A DNA stretch of 64,000 nt from assembly GCA_037447435.1 (NCBI GenBank), contig JBBIGR010000003.1, forward strand, positions 128,001 through 192,000, read 5' to 3'. The translations under genes and the position numbers were made by a program. Below are positions 19,411-28,842 of the stretch, piece by piece. The notes beneath the pieces were generated by a model. The model did not search any database and was not told the origin of the DNA. It saw only the letters and a list, made by a program, of their open reading frames with translations. Each line of letters opens with the position of its first letter. Position 1 is the first letter of the stretch. Source of the stretch: Fibrobacteria bacterium. GTDB lineage: Bacteria; Fibrobacterota; Chitinivibrionia; Chitinivibrionales; FEN-1185.

Positions 19411-20748
19411 ATGCGAAAAAAGGCTTTTGTATGCGGTATTCGTCACTATCGGCGTATTGCCGTTGTTGTTTTTGGATTAGGTTTCATGGTTCAATCAACG
19501 GTGTGTGCGCAAGGTTTGGCAGCATGGGCAAACAATAAAAGAATTATCATGAATACGAGTTCTACAGGTGCGAATATTGCCGGTGATGTAAAGGGCTTTC
19601 CTGTGCCCGTTATTCTTACTTCTGCAAATTTCGATTTTTCCCAGGCAAAAACAAACGGGGAAGACATTCGTTTTACCGATGCGTCGGGAAATTCGCTTCC
19701 CTATCAAATTGAGTCATGGGACGCGGTGGGAAAAAAAGCGGCAATTTGGGTACGGTCCGACGTAAAGGCAAACGACAATACGCAATATCTCGTCATGTAT
19801 TGGGGAAACGCGTCGGCGGCCGGTGAAAGCGACGGGAAAAAAGTGTTTACTTTGGAAGATGGTTGGGTAGGTGTGTGGCATATGAGCGAAGCCGGGAACA
19901 TCGTTGCCGGCGGTTATAAAGACGCAACGCCGAACCAGGCGGATGCGACAGGGTTCAATTTCACCGCGACAAACACTGCCGACGGCAGAATCGGAAAATG
20001 CCCGGAATTCAAATATGCTAGCAAGCGGTATCTTACCGTAGACGCGCCCAAGAAGTCTTTGTTCGATTTGACAAGTAAGATGACTTTTTCCATCTGGGTA
20101 AAAGCGACAAGCTATCCCACAGAATACATTACTATGTTTGCAAAAGGCGACGATTCCTGGCGCGTTCAAATGTACGGTATCTATTCCTGGGGCGACAATA
20201 ACAATAAGTACATAACGGAAATGTGCGTGGAAAACGGGGGCGGAGACGATTGCCTGGAACATCGCAAAGCAGGGGTGGAACTTAAACCGAACGAATGGAA
20301 CTTACTCACCATTGTGCACGATAACCCGAAAGTCACATATTATGTCAATACCGTGGATACGACTGCGACGAAAAGCGGAACCTGGACGTCCAATCCGCAA
20401 TGGCCTGTCGGAATTGGTTGCCAAACGCAAGGATCCCCGAATCGTTTTTACGACGGCTATTTGGACGAGGCGCGGGTTTTGAATGTTCCCAAAGACAAAA
20501 ACTGGGTCAAATTAAATTACGAAAGCCAAAGGGAAGGCGGAAAGTTCCTTGAATTTGGCACAGCCACCGGTATCGGCGCCTTCGCTACACGGGGCGTGAG
20601 CCAGTTACGCGGCAAATTTAACTCTGTCAATCGATACGATGTTCGCGGATGCGTCATAAAAGGAATTACGCCTATGGGTGTCTATGTGGAGCGGCTCGTT
20701 GGTCCCTTAGGGCAAAGTATCACTCGAACCTGTACAAAAATTCCTTAG
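19411..20748 (+). CDS. Secreted DUF2341 + LamG/concanavalin-like domain protein with short C-terminal sorting-type tail
   Basis: Signal peptide; FDFSQA...GEDIRF...LPYQIE.WD...A.IWV...MYWGN (DUF2341); G.LDE.RV...W.KL.YE.Q (LamG); tail YDVRG...GVY. Confidence 0.85.
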   Translation: MRKKAFVCGIRHYRRIAVVVFGLGFMVQSTVCAQGLAAWANNKRIIMNTSSTGANIAGDVKGFPVPVILTSANFDFSQAKTNGEDIRFTDASGNSLPYQIESWDAVGKKAAIWVRSDVKANDNTQYLVMYWGNASAAGESDGKKVFTLEDGWVGVWHMSEAGNIVAGGYKDATPNQADATGFNFTATNTADGRIGKCPEFKYASKRYLTVDAPKKSLFDLTSKMTFSIWVKATSYPTEYITMFAKGDDSWRVQMYGIYSWGDNNNKYITEMCVENGGGDDCLEHRKAGVELKPNEWNLLTIVHDNPKVTYYVNTVDTTATKSGTWTSNPQWPVGIGCQTQGSPNRFYDGYLDEARVLNVPKDKNWVKLNYESQREGGKFLEFGTATGIGAFATRGVSQLRGKFNSVNRYDVRGCVIKGITPMGVYVERLVGPLGQSITRTCTKIP

Positions 20749-20790
20749 TGGTATAAACCAGCGCGACGAGGTAGGACCGTCCTTGTCAAT

Positions 20791-20818
20791 AAAAAAGCCC
20801 GCAATTGCGGGCTTTTTT
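20791..20818. terminator. Bidirectional rho-independent terminator
   Basis: AAAAAAGCCCGCAATTGCGGGCTTTTTT perfect palindrome between convergent genes. Confidence 0.9.
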
Positions 20819-20843
20819 ATCGGCTAACTTATTATGCACTAAA

Positions 20844-21884
20844 TTACTTGGCAATGAAAATATCGGGCCAGCGGTCGTTTCCGGTGTGGAAGGTGAGACG
20901 GGTTGCTGTCTTCTGGTCTGTTCCTATTTTCCATAAGTAAATTTCGTAATCGACGATGTCGTGTTCGTGGCCGTATTGTGTCGCTCCCCAAACCATGTAT
21001 TGGCCGTCCGGGCTGATTTGCGGGAAATATTCATGCGAGCGGCGGCCGGGAAGGTCCATGAAACGGAATTTCTTGTCGATGCCGAGCCCGCCGGGGACCG
21101 CGACCGGTTTGCCGTTTTCATCGATATCAAAGACAAGAACTTCGGTGCTGCCGTTGCCCTGGCCTTCATTCATACGGATGACACGTTTACCATTGGGAAA
21201 CCAGGAAACTTCACAGCCGCCACCCAGAAAATACCCTTCGTTTTTGGCAAAGTTCCAGATAACCGTATTGCGGGAGGTGCCGCGCAAGGTCATTGCAAGG
21301 GACTTGCCGTCCGGCGACATTTCCGGTTGCTGGGCAAACGTGTTTTTCTTATACGCTTTTTCAGCATCAAAAATTTCTTTTTCTTCTTTTGTCGTTAAAT
21401 TCTTTGTAAACACTTTCGATCCCCGGGCAAAAACGATTTCATTGCCCGACGGCCGCCAAGTGCCCCATACGGCATTTTCCGCAACTTTCGTTTCGCCGGT
21501 TCCGTCGATCTTGATCGTCCATATATCCCATTTCTCGAACATTTCAGCATCGTTTTCAGGGACAAAGCCCATTTTACTTCTTGTAAACAAAACGGTCTGG
21601 CCGTCCGGCGAAATACGAGGAAACCAATCAACGTTATTGGGGCTGACCGTAAGGGGTTTTTGGTCGGTACCATCGGCATTCATGATCCAAATATCGTGCT
21701 TTGTATTGGCGCGCGATGTCGACCATACGATTTTGCCTTTTATTGTTCCTTTTAACGCGTCCAGAGCCTTCTGTTCCGCTTTTTCCGGGGAGACCGCTGC
21801 GCCAAGAGGCGCTTCCTGGCCGAAGGCAATAAATGATAGAGAAACAAGAGCCGAGCAGGCGAGCATACCGAATCTTTTCAACAT
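20844..21884 (-). CDS. TolB-like (PD40 repeat) periplasmic beta-propeller protein
   Basis: Signal peptide; IWIMNADGT.Q..LT, FP.ISPDG (x2), PEMSPDGK, RLTF..G.D.WPD. Confidence 0.8.
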   Translation of the reverse strand: MLKRFGMLACSALVSLSFIAFGQEAPLGAAVSPEKAEQKALDALKGTIKGKIVWSTSRANTKHDIWIMNADGTDQKPLTVSPNNVDWFPRISPDGQTVLFTRSKMGFVPENDAEMFEKWDIWTIKIDGTGETKVAENAVWGTWRPSGNEIVFARGSKVFTKNLTTKEEKEIFDAEKAYKKNTFAQQPEMSPDGKSLAMTLRGTSRNTVIWNFAKNEGYFLGGGCEVSWFPNGKRVIRMNEGQGNGSTEVLVFDIDENGKPVAVPGGLGIDKKFRFMDLPGRRSHEYFPQISPDGQYMVWGATQYGHEHDIVDYEIYLWKIGTDQKTATRLTFHTGNDRWPDIFIAK

Positions 21885-21996
21885 GGAAACCTCGCTTCTA
21901 TTAAAACAAGTTTAAGATTAATAATTAAAGATTAAAAAGTAAAAATTAAAGATAATCTTGAATCTTTAATTTTGAATTCGTATTCACGAGTGAAAT

Positions 21997-23994
21997 TTAT
22001 TTCGTATCCAAAGGCTGCCATAATTGGCTGTAATTAAATAAATCGCGCGACACCATCATGTAAATGACCACCCGTTTTTTGTCCAAAGCGTTTTTACGTG
22101 CCCGATAAAATTTATCCCGCACCAAGGGGCCGCCGCCCCAGCTGGTAACGATATCAACGGGAATTTGTGTTTGCGCCGCAATATGCGCTCCAACGCCGGC
22201 AGCTTTACAATCCACTAATTCAAAGACGCCGGTAAAACTGTCGCCGATGAGCATAACGGGCGCATCGGGATTGCCGCCTTTAAAAGCCGCACCGTCGGGA
22301 GTGAATACCCGTTGCGCGGCAAGTTCCACGGCGTTAAAGGAGGTTTTGTCGGCTTCCGCAAGTTTGTCGACTATGTCGCCCTGGCGCAAAAACGTCGTGT
22401 CTTTGACCGTGTACTTGACTTTAGGCACTTCGGAATACCAGGAATACGTCTTGATCCTGTCCGACAATGCTTGAGCCGCGATTGCCAGACCTCTGGATGT
22501 CCAATGCGTGTCGTGTTTTTGATACAGGGCTTCCTTGCTTTTCTCGTCATCCTTTTTTGCGGCCAAAAATGCAGGTAACAAATCGACGACTTCAACGCCG
22601 GCTGCTTGAATGTCCTTCAGCATTTTCCGGGCATAGGGATGGATTAATTCGTAATTGTCTTTCGGTGCATTATTCAAAGGCAATTTGTCGTAATACACAT
22701 CCGATTTATTGGGGATCGGGACAAATAAAAGGGATATGTTTTTGCTTTTAAGGATTTTGTTGAATTCGATGAGATGCGGTATCGGGTTTTTGTCCGGTGC
22801 CTGTAAAGACATGTCGCCGCTGTTCAGGTACGATGCTTCGCCCCTGAAAAACAGCCAATTATCCTTGCCTTTAAAACCCATTTGCGCCGCGGGTAATGCG
22901 TTTACATAAGAAAGAAGCGAAGCCCGGAACGGTTCGTCTTTTTTAGCCCAGGCCGGGTAATCGCCGTTGGTTTTAATTTCCATTTCGAAACGGGTATTGT
23001 TGTCCTTGAAATTTTTCGAGACCGCCGAGTCTAACACGTGGGGGACAGACCGGGCGGCAGGCGAAGTCGCTGCTTGCGCAACAGCGGGTTTTTCGGCTCC
23101 GAAATCGACGAGATACACGTTGAAAAGTTTTTTCCCGTACGGCGTACCGCGAATGACAACCAAAGGATTTGCAACGGTTTGGCCTTTGAGCTCCTTGACA
23201 ATATCTTTTTCGGTTTCAGGAGTCGGCCACTTTGATTGCCCCGTCATGTCGACGACATCGGTATTAAGTTTTGGGTACCAGTACGAAGCAAGAACATTGG
23301 CCCAATCAACGACCTGGTCTTTTGTAAGTATTGTTTTGCAATAATCGTTTTGTATCCACAAAAGCGCCTTTGCCAGTACGGTTTTGTCAACAGACGCCAG
23401 GTTCAGTTTACCGTATACTTCTTTGAATCCGTCTTTGTCTTCGTCGCCAATGGTAGGGTCTAAAAATTTGACCCATGGTTTAAATTCCACTTTGACCCAC
23501 AGCTCCGCCGATTCGCCGCTCCCATGAATATAAACGGCAGCGATTTCCTGATAGGGAATGAATATCGATTCATCGCCCCATTTATAACCGGCAATTTTAG
23601 CGACCACCTGCGCGATGGCATCGGATTTGGTTATTTCCCACAATTTGTTCGCAAGCGGGTCCCATGCCAAAGCATTTTGCTTTTCCGCATCGGTTAGAGG
23701 CGTTTGGGACAAAGTGGCGCATTGATTGATAAGAGCGCCGTTGAAGGTCATGTCGCCGATCCCCGGCTTTTTCGCCGGTTTTTTTGGCGATTGCGGCGCA
23801 GGGTCGAAGCGCACGGGATTTGCCGAATAGGCCGCATAATCGAGATTCGCTAGCGTCGGCACGGCAATGGACCGTATCATGACGCGCGACGTTACACGGT
23901 TATAATTTTTATTCACCTGTTCATAGGGTTTTGCGTTTACGAGCATTGCCGAACAAACAAGAAATGCAACAACAGCCTTTTTGTAATGTGACAT
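21997..23994 (-). CDS. AlgX/AlgJ-family SGNH-like O-acetyltransferase with ~300-aa extra N-terminal domain
   Basis: Signal peptide; GKDNWLFF, P.PNK..VY, DTHW, IGDSF (Asp-His-Ser triad). Confidence 0.8.
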   Translation of the reverse strand: MSHYKKAVVAFLVCSAMLVNAKPYEQVNKNYNRVTSRVMIRSIAVPTLANLDYAAYSANPVRFDPAPQSPKKPAKKPGIGDMTFNGALINQCATLSQTPLTDAEKQNALAWDPLANKLWEITKSDAIAQVVAKIAGYKWGDESIFIPYQEIAAVYIHGSGESAELWVKVEFKPWVKFLDPTIGDEDKDGFKEVYGKLNLASVDKTVLAKALLWIQNDYCKTILTKDQVVDWANVLASYWYPKLNTDVVDMTGQSKWPTPETEKDIVKELKGQTVANPLVVIRGTPYGKKLFNVYLVDFGAEKPAVAQAATSPAARSVPHVLDSAVSKNFKDNNTRFEMEIKTNGDYPAWAKKDEPFRASLLSYVNALPAAQMGFKGKDNWLFFRGEASYLNSGDMSLQAPDKNPIPHLIEFNKILKSKNISLLFVPIPNKSDVYYDKLPLNNAPKDNYELIHPYARKMLKDIQAAGVEVVDLLPAFLAAKKDDEKSKEALYQKHDTHWTSRGLAIAAQALSDRIKTYSWYSEVPKVKYTVKDTTFLRQGDIVDKLAEADKTSFNAVELAAQRVFTPDGAAFKGGNPDAPVMLIGDSFTGVFELVDCKAAGVGAHIAAQTQIPVDIVTSWGGGPLVRDKFYRARKNALDKKRVVIYMMVSRDLFNYSQLWQPLDTK

Positions 23995-24012
23995 TTTTAT
24001 AGATCCTTTTTA

Positions 24013-24095
24013 CGGAGAGACGCACGGCGGTGCGACTCTCATAAAATCGATTGTATTTTGCAAAGATACGAGACGCACCGCCGTGCGTCTCTCCG
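24013..24095. repeat. Inverted REP doublet (REPIN-like)
   Basis: CGGAGAGACGCACGGCGGTGCG (24013-24034) and its exact reverse complement (24074-24095). Each arm carries the GAGACGCAC-N4-GTGCG core also seen at 17641. Confidence 0.75.
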
Positions 24096-24116
24096 AGGAA
24101 ATAATACCTGGGCGGT

Positions 24117-25766
24117 TTACTTTCCCGCTACCTGCAGCGGAACGTCTTTCCACCCTTCTTCGCCAAACCTGAAATCGCGTTCAACCACTTCCCATACCAC
24201 CACTTTTTTGCCGTTTAGCAGCGATGCCTTTCGCGCGAGCGATTGGCGAACGAGCGTCGACGCGCCGCCGTCGTTGACAATAGAGGCAACCGGCTGCGAG
24301 AGTTCATAGGCGCAATGGGCTATCCATCCTGCGGAGCGAGGCTCGTCGGTCTGGTAAATGCGGGAGAAAGAGTCGCCCAAAATGAGAACCTGGGAATTCT
24401 TATAATCATCCTTGTAAAGGACCCGCGAGGTGGTGCCGGTGGCATCGTCTTTTGCAAGAGTGAATACCTGATAGCATTTTGTTTTTTCGGTGGGGAAGCT
24501 CATTCCCAAATCATGGATTTTAAGGGACGGCAGCGTTGTCATGACGCCGACGTCGCCATTACGTTCGATAACGACCGAATCCAATTCATACGGAGTCGTT
24601 CCCGGAGTATACCAGGGATATTTTTTAATGCGTTCCGCAATAACATGAGCCGCAAGCCTGGCACCGCGGGCGCGCCAATGCGTGTCTTTGGCAAGATACA
24701 GAGAATCGCCGGCAATCGCGTCGTTTTTGCGTTCCTGTGCAAATGCGGAAAACAAATCCACCGCTTCGACGCCGTTTTTGCCCAATTCCTGAATAATTTT
24801 CAGGGAATGGCTGAAAGTCCCTGATTTGTCGGGAGAGACTTTCGAATTAAGAATGTCGGGATAAATGCTGGCCTTGACAGGTATTATCATGACAAGGAGG
24901 TCTATGCCGCGCTGCTGCAGCTGGTCCTTGAATTTGACAATCGCTTTGATCGGATCGTCGGACAAGGGCTTGTCGTTCGGATCCACAATGATGGAACGTG
25001 GATCGCGTACCGAGGGGCGAACAAGGTAATCGACATCCGGTTTGTAAAAGAACCAGTTGTTGACGTCGCCGGGAACCGCTTTTTCTCCAAGGTCATCAAA
25101 CAAAACAAAACGGGTATACAACATTGCCGGACGAATCGCCGTGGCGAATACCGACGTGTTTTCCATTTCCTTTTCATAGGGCCTCAGATACAAATCGTTC
25201 CAAAAAATGTGCGGAATGTTTTTTGTCGCAAGCAGAGGAACGCTGACGGTTGTTTTCTTGGGGTTTTGCGCGATAAGGTCCGCGATTTGTGCCTGGATTC
25301 CGTGAACCGAAACAGTAAGGGAATCCGCTGAGGCACCGTTTCTTAGCGCAGTCAAAACATCCGAAAATCCCTGGGAAAGACTGCCGAGCTTTGCAAAAAG
25401 TTCAGTCGTCGTATCTGCTTTGACATGGCGGTTGATGGTCGACGCGGATTTTTTAATATCCGAAACCAAAAACAGCGCGTCGTCGGCGATCTGTTCCGCA
25501 GTGCATGATTCCCATTTTTTGTCGGGCGCTACCGACCGGGACTTATTGATTTCTGCGAGTAGATTCTCGGATTGCTTTTGCGTTTTAACCAAAAGCCCGT
25601 TTATTGCGTTCGCCTTGGAAAAAGGCGTGACAATCGCATCGACAACCAGGTCGAGCGCTTGTACCTTGTGGTATTTGACATATTCGACGCACCCCTGGAT
25701 GATCGGCACCGAATAAATCACTGCAAGGAAAAAAACGATAAAAACGATACTGTGTTTTCTATTCAT
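24117..25766 (-). CDS. AlgJ-like membrane-anchored SGNH O-acetyltransferase
   Basis: N-terminal TM, WFFYKPD, IPVKASIYPD, YL.KDTHW, GDV, LGDSFS, VVWEVVER. Confidence 0.8.
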   Translation of the reverse strand: MNRKHSIVFIVFFLAVIYSVPIIQGCVEYVKYHKVQALDLVVDAIVTPFSKANAINGLLVKTQKQSENLLAEINKSRSVAPDKKWESCTAEQIADDALFLVSDIKKSASTINRHVKADTTTELFAKLGSLSQGFSDVLTALRNGASADSLTVSVHGIQAQIADLIAQNPKKTTVSVPLLATKNIPHIFWNDLYLRPYEKEMENTSVFATAIRPAMLYTRFVLFDDLGEKAVPGDVNNWFFYKPDVDYLVRPSVRDPRSIIVDPNDKPLSDDPIKAIVKFKDQLQQRGIDLLVMIIPVKASIYPDILNSKVSPDKSGTFSHSLKIIQELGKNGVEAVDLFSAFAQERKNDAIAGDSLYLAKDTHWRARGARLAAHVIAERIKKYPWYTPGTTPYELDSVVIERNGDVGVMTTLPSLKIHDLGMSFPTEKTKCYQVFTLAKDDATGTTSRVLYKDDYKNSQVLILGDSFSRIYQTDEPRSAGWIAHCAYELSQPVASIVNDGGASTLVRQSLARKASLLNGKKVVVWEVVERDFRFGEEGWKDVPLQVAGK

Positions 25767-25839
25767 TGTATTAGTCCTCTTTGAAACTTTTCATTATTTA
25801 AAATCAATAAAATCCTGTTTGTTATCTCTTATGCTATGC

Positions 25840-27267
25840 TCAGAACTGGAAATATAAAAAGGGATTGAACGTTTGAGTGAACATACCGCAAATTGCCAAT
25901 AAAAACAGGACTGCGCAAACCGCCATTTTGGGTAAAGTCAGCTTTTTTACCCAATCATGGGCTTGTATCGGCTGTAATACGAGAATTGCGCACAATACCA
26001 TTTCAAAGATATGCCGGGGAGTAAATATTTGACTGCTCAGAAGCGCGGCAGACGCCACGGGTTTGACAACTCCGACCATGGATCCCCAGTATGCAAGGCC
26101 TTGCTTAAGATCCGGAGCGCGGAATACCACCCAACCAAACAGCACGAGAATATTGGTGATGACGATTTGAAGCCACACGGGTAACCAGGCATAGACGGTC
26201 TTTTTTCCAATCAGGCGTTCAAAAACAAGAAACAGTCCCTGATACAATCCCCATACTACGAAAGTGTATTTTGCTCCATGCCACAAACCGCAGAGGAAAA
26301 AGGTAAGACAAAGGTTGAAATAGGTACGGCCGTTGCCTTTTCTGTTTCCTCCCAATGCTCCTATGTATAGATAATCCATGATGAATGCGGACAAGGTCAT
26401 ATGCCATCTCTTCCAGAACATCTGAATACTGGTAGAGAGGTACGGCGCGTTGAAGTTCTTCGGAAACTCGATGCCAAGCATTTTCGCGAGTCCAACCGCC
26501 ATGTCCGAATAACCGCAGAAATCGAAATAAATCTGGAAATGATACGCAAGAATTCCCCACCATGAGTTTATCACGCCCGGATTATCCGCACCAAAAACCG
26601 CATCGGCAACAGCACCCGCAGAGTTGGCAAGAAGGATCTTTTTTGCAAATCCCAGCATGAAAATACCGAGTCCGGTTGTAAACTTTTCAACAGTATGGGT
26701 ACGGACGGCAAGCTGTTCAGCTACCGTGCTGTAACGAATAATTGGGCCGGCAATAAGGTGCGGAAACAAACCGATAAAACAGGAAAATGTTGGAAAATTG
26801 CGTGCGGGTTGTGCATCGCCGCGATACAAATCGATGGTATAACTTAATGCGACGAACGTGTAAAACGAAATACCCGAAGGCAGCAGGATGTTCATCACGT
26901 GGAAGTAATTTGGTCCTAAACCTAAAAGCCCCATGATATGGTTGACGTTTTCCATTGTAAACATGTAGTACTTGAAAAACAAAAGCAGTCCCATATCGCC
27001 GATGATGGCGGTCATGAGCGCGGCCTTTCGCTTCCACTGATCCTGGTTCGGTTTTGTGATGATTTTTCCGCAGACATAATCCCAGGTGGTGGACGCAAAC
27101 ATGAGCACGACAAACCATGGAACGAGCCAGCCGTAGAATATGTAACTGGCAATGGTTATCCAGGTATTTTTGGGATAAAGCCCTTTCCACTGAAACGGCA
27201 AAAGGTAATAAATAGCAAAGAAAATCGGCAAAAAGTAGAATAAAAATATATGCGACGAGAAAACCAT
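25840..27267 (-). CDS. algI: AlgI-like MBOAT O-acyltransferase
   Basis: MVFSS..FLF.FLP, GISFYTF, FPHLIAGPIIRY, QIYFDFCGYSDMA.GL, NFNAPY, FWKRWHMTLS, GLWHGA, NPFLYFQF. ATG at 27267 follows GAGGAG. Confidence 0.93.
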   Translation of the reverse strand: MVFSSHIFLFYFLPIFFAIYYLLPFQWKGLYPKNTWITIASYIFYGWLVPWFVVLMFASTTWDYVCGKIITKPNQDQWKRKAALMTAIIGDMGLLLFFKYYMFTMENVNHIMGLLGLGPNYFHVMNILLPSGISFYTFVALSYTIDLYRGDAQPARNFPTFSCFIGLFPHLIAGPIIRYSTVAEQLAVRTHTVEKFTTGLGIFMLGFAKKILLANSAGAVADAVFGADNPGVINSWWGILAYHFQIYFDFCGYSDMAVGLAKMLGIEFPKNFNAPYLSTSIQMFWKRWHMTLSAFIMDYLYIGALGGNRKGNGRTYFNLCLTFFLCGLWHGAKYTFVVWGLYQGLFLVFERLIGKKTVYAWLPVWLQIVITNILVLFGWVVFRAPDLKQGLAYWGSMVGVVKPVASAALLSSQIFTPRHIFEMVLCAILVLQPIQAHDWVKKLTLPKMAVCAVLFLLAICGMFTQTFNPFLYFQF

Positions 27268-27379
27268 AATTAAATACTCCTCGGGTTGTGTCACCCCTAC
27301 GCAGAAGGCCCCGATAAAATCGTGATCTTCTGGGTAGGGGATAAAGTCAAAGGCCTTCTGGAAAAATGCGTTCTAAAAA

Positions 27380-27904
27380 TTACTGTGCAAGGTCGGTTCT
27401 TACCGCGAAATATTTATCGAGGTTAGAGTCCGTGTATTCATCCTCAACCGCGTCCTTCCAGACTTTATCTATAGGCTTGATCAATGTCAGTTTGTGTTTG
27501 GCGCCAACGTCGAATTTGTCCGCATTGCCTGCCACGCATTTTTTCATCGCGTCTTTGATTTGAGCCCGGGGAATAAGCGGATTATACTGGCCCACGAGAA
27601 TGTCTTGTTCTTTATAGGTACCTTTGACGACGGTGAGTACGCGGTATTTCATGACGTACACATAATTGTACAGATCGTTCGGCGCGAATTTACCGGGAAT
27701 TTCGGTAATGCGTGCGACCACAACAAGGGTATCGTTTGTTTTCGAAGTCGCCGTTGTTTCTTTTTTAGCAACGGGCGCAGCGGTTGCTTTGTCGGTTTTT
27801 ACGGCCGGCTTTTTTGCGGCCGGAGAATCGGCCTGGGCAAAACATAATGAAACGAATGCTGCGCTGCAAAGCAGTCCTTTACATATGGTGGAAATGGGCT
27901 TCAT
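27380..27904 (-). CDS. Secreted hypothetical protein (Lys/Ala-rich linker + small beta-rich domain)
   Basis: AGGAGG RBS, signal peptide, co-directional with the MBOAT gene; no family recognised. Confidence 0.7.
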   Translation of the reverse strand: MKPISTICKGLLCSAAFVSLCFAQADSPAAKKPAVKTDKATAAPVAKKETTATSKTNDTLVVVARITEIPGKFAPNDLYNYVYVMKYRVLTVVKGTYKEQDILVGQYNPLIPRAQIKDAMKKCVAGNADKFDVGAKHKLTLIKPIDKVWKDAVEDEYTDSNLDKYFAVRTDLAQ

Positions 27905-27942
27905 GAAAACCTCCTAAAAAGGGATGATGGTTATTATAGAGA

Positions 27943-28842
27943 TTAAGTTCTTGGAAAAACGTTTTTTAAAAAAAGCGAAACCTTTACCGGCGCATACCCC
28001 AAATCGTTTTGCGCCTCTGCCGGGTCCAGGTTCGCATCCTGGGTAATGCCGCAAATAGTTTGCCGTGACAATACCGGTTTTGACTGTGCAAACTTCAAGA
28101 AAAATGCGATAACAAAACACAACCATACGGGAATATGCGCTATTTTCTTCTTTGTAAGTCCCATACAATCCAGGCATAACCGCGAAAAATCCTTTATCGA
28201 GACCGCTTCGCCTCCGCTGAAATTGTAGGTTTTCCCTATGGTCGTCTCATTGGAATGCAACGCAATAAGTCCTTTTATGATATCGTCGACAAAAACCGGG
28301 CGTTTGAGCGCGTTGCCGTTGCCAATGAAAGGAACGATTGGGAATTTTTTAAGATAATCGAGGTACATGTCGAATTCCTGCCCGCCCTGTTTTCCGTACA
28401 CCAGCGTCGGCCGTATTATGGTAAACCGCAATCCCGATTGTTTGACAATTGATTCTGCGGATCGTTTGGATAACGAATAAGGTGTCGGATTCGGATACAC
28501 GACCGATGCGCTTGACACATATATAAAATGATCCACGGACGATCGTACCGCTTCCGCCACGATGTTTTTTGTACCCTGTACATTGATCGTATCGAATTTC
28601 GTTTTGTCCGGTGAAATGATGATTGCCGCAAGATGATACACGGTTGTAACGCCGTCGCAAAGTCCGGCGCAGTCCTTTTTGTTACTTATATCGCCGTAGC
28701 GGATATCGCTGCAGAATTCGCGTATCCGTTCAACGGCTTTATCATTGGGTATGCAAAGCACCCGAATCCGCTGGCCCCTCTGCGCAAAATGCCTCACCAG
28801 CACGCTTCCCATTGCTCCGCATCCGCCGGTGATCAATATCAT
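27943..28842 (-). CDS. NAD(P)-dependent epimerase/dehydratase (atypical SDR, NDUFA9-like)
   Basis: ILITGG.G.MG, VYHLAA, YVSS, YSLSK, IRPTLVYG; ATGA overlap with the upstream GT2. Confidence 0.85.
   Translation of the reverse strand: MILITGGCGAMGSVLVRHFAQRGQRIRVLCIPNDKAVERIREFCSDIRYGDISNKKDCAGLCDGVTTVYHLAAIIISPDKTKFDTINVQGTKNIVAEAVRSSVDHFIYVSSASVVYPNPTPYSLSKRSAESIVKQSGLRFTIIRPTLVYGKQGGQEFDMYLDYLKKFPIVPFIGNGNALKRPVFVDDIIKGLIALHSNETTIGKTYNFSGGEAVSIKDFSRLCLDCMGLTKKKIAHIPVWLCFVIAFFLKFAQSKPVLSRQTICGITQDANLDPAEAQNDLGYAPVKVSLFLKNVFPRT

Noticed and set aside
20956..21915. 319-aa plus-strand ORF
   Set aside because: Antisense shadow of the TolB-like gene; composition is typical of reverse-frame translation.
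21905..21975. AT-rich short repeats (ATTAAAG/ATTAAAA) with a 12-bp hairpin as CRISPR or mobile element
   Set aside because: Low-complexity, no repeat-spacer periodicity and no cas genes; at most an mRNA hairpin.
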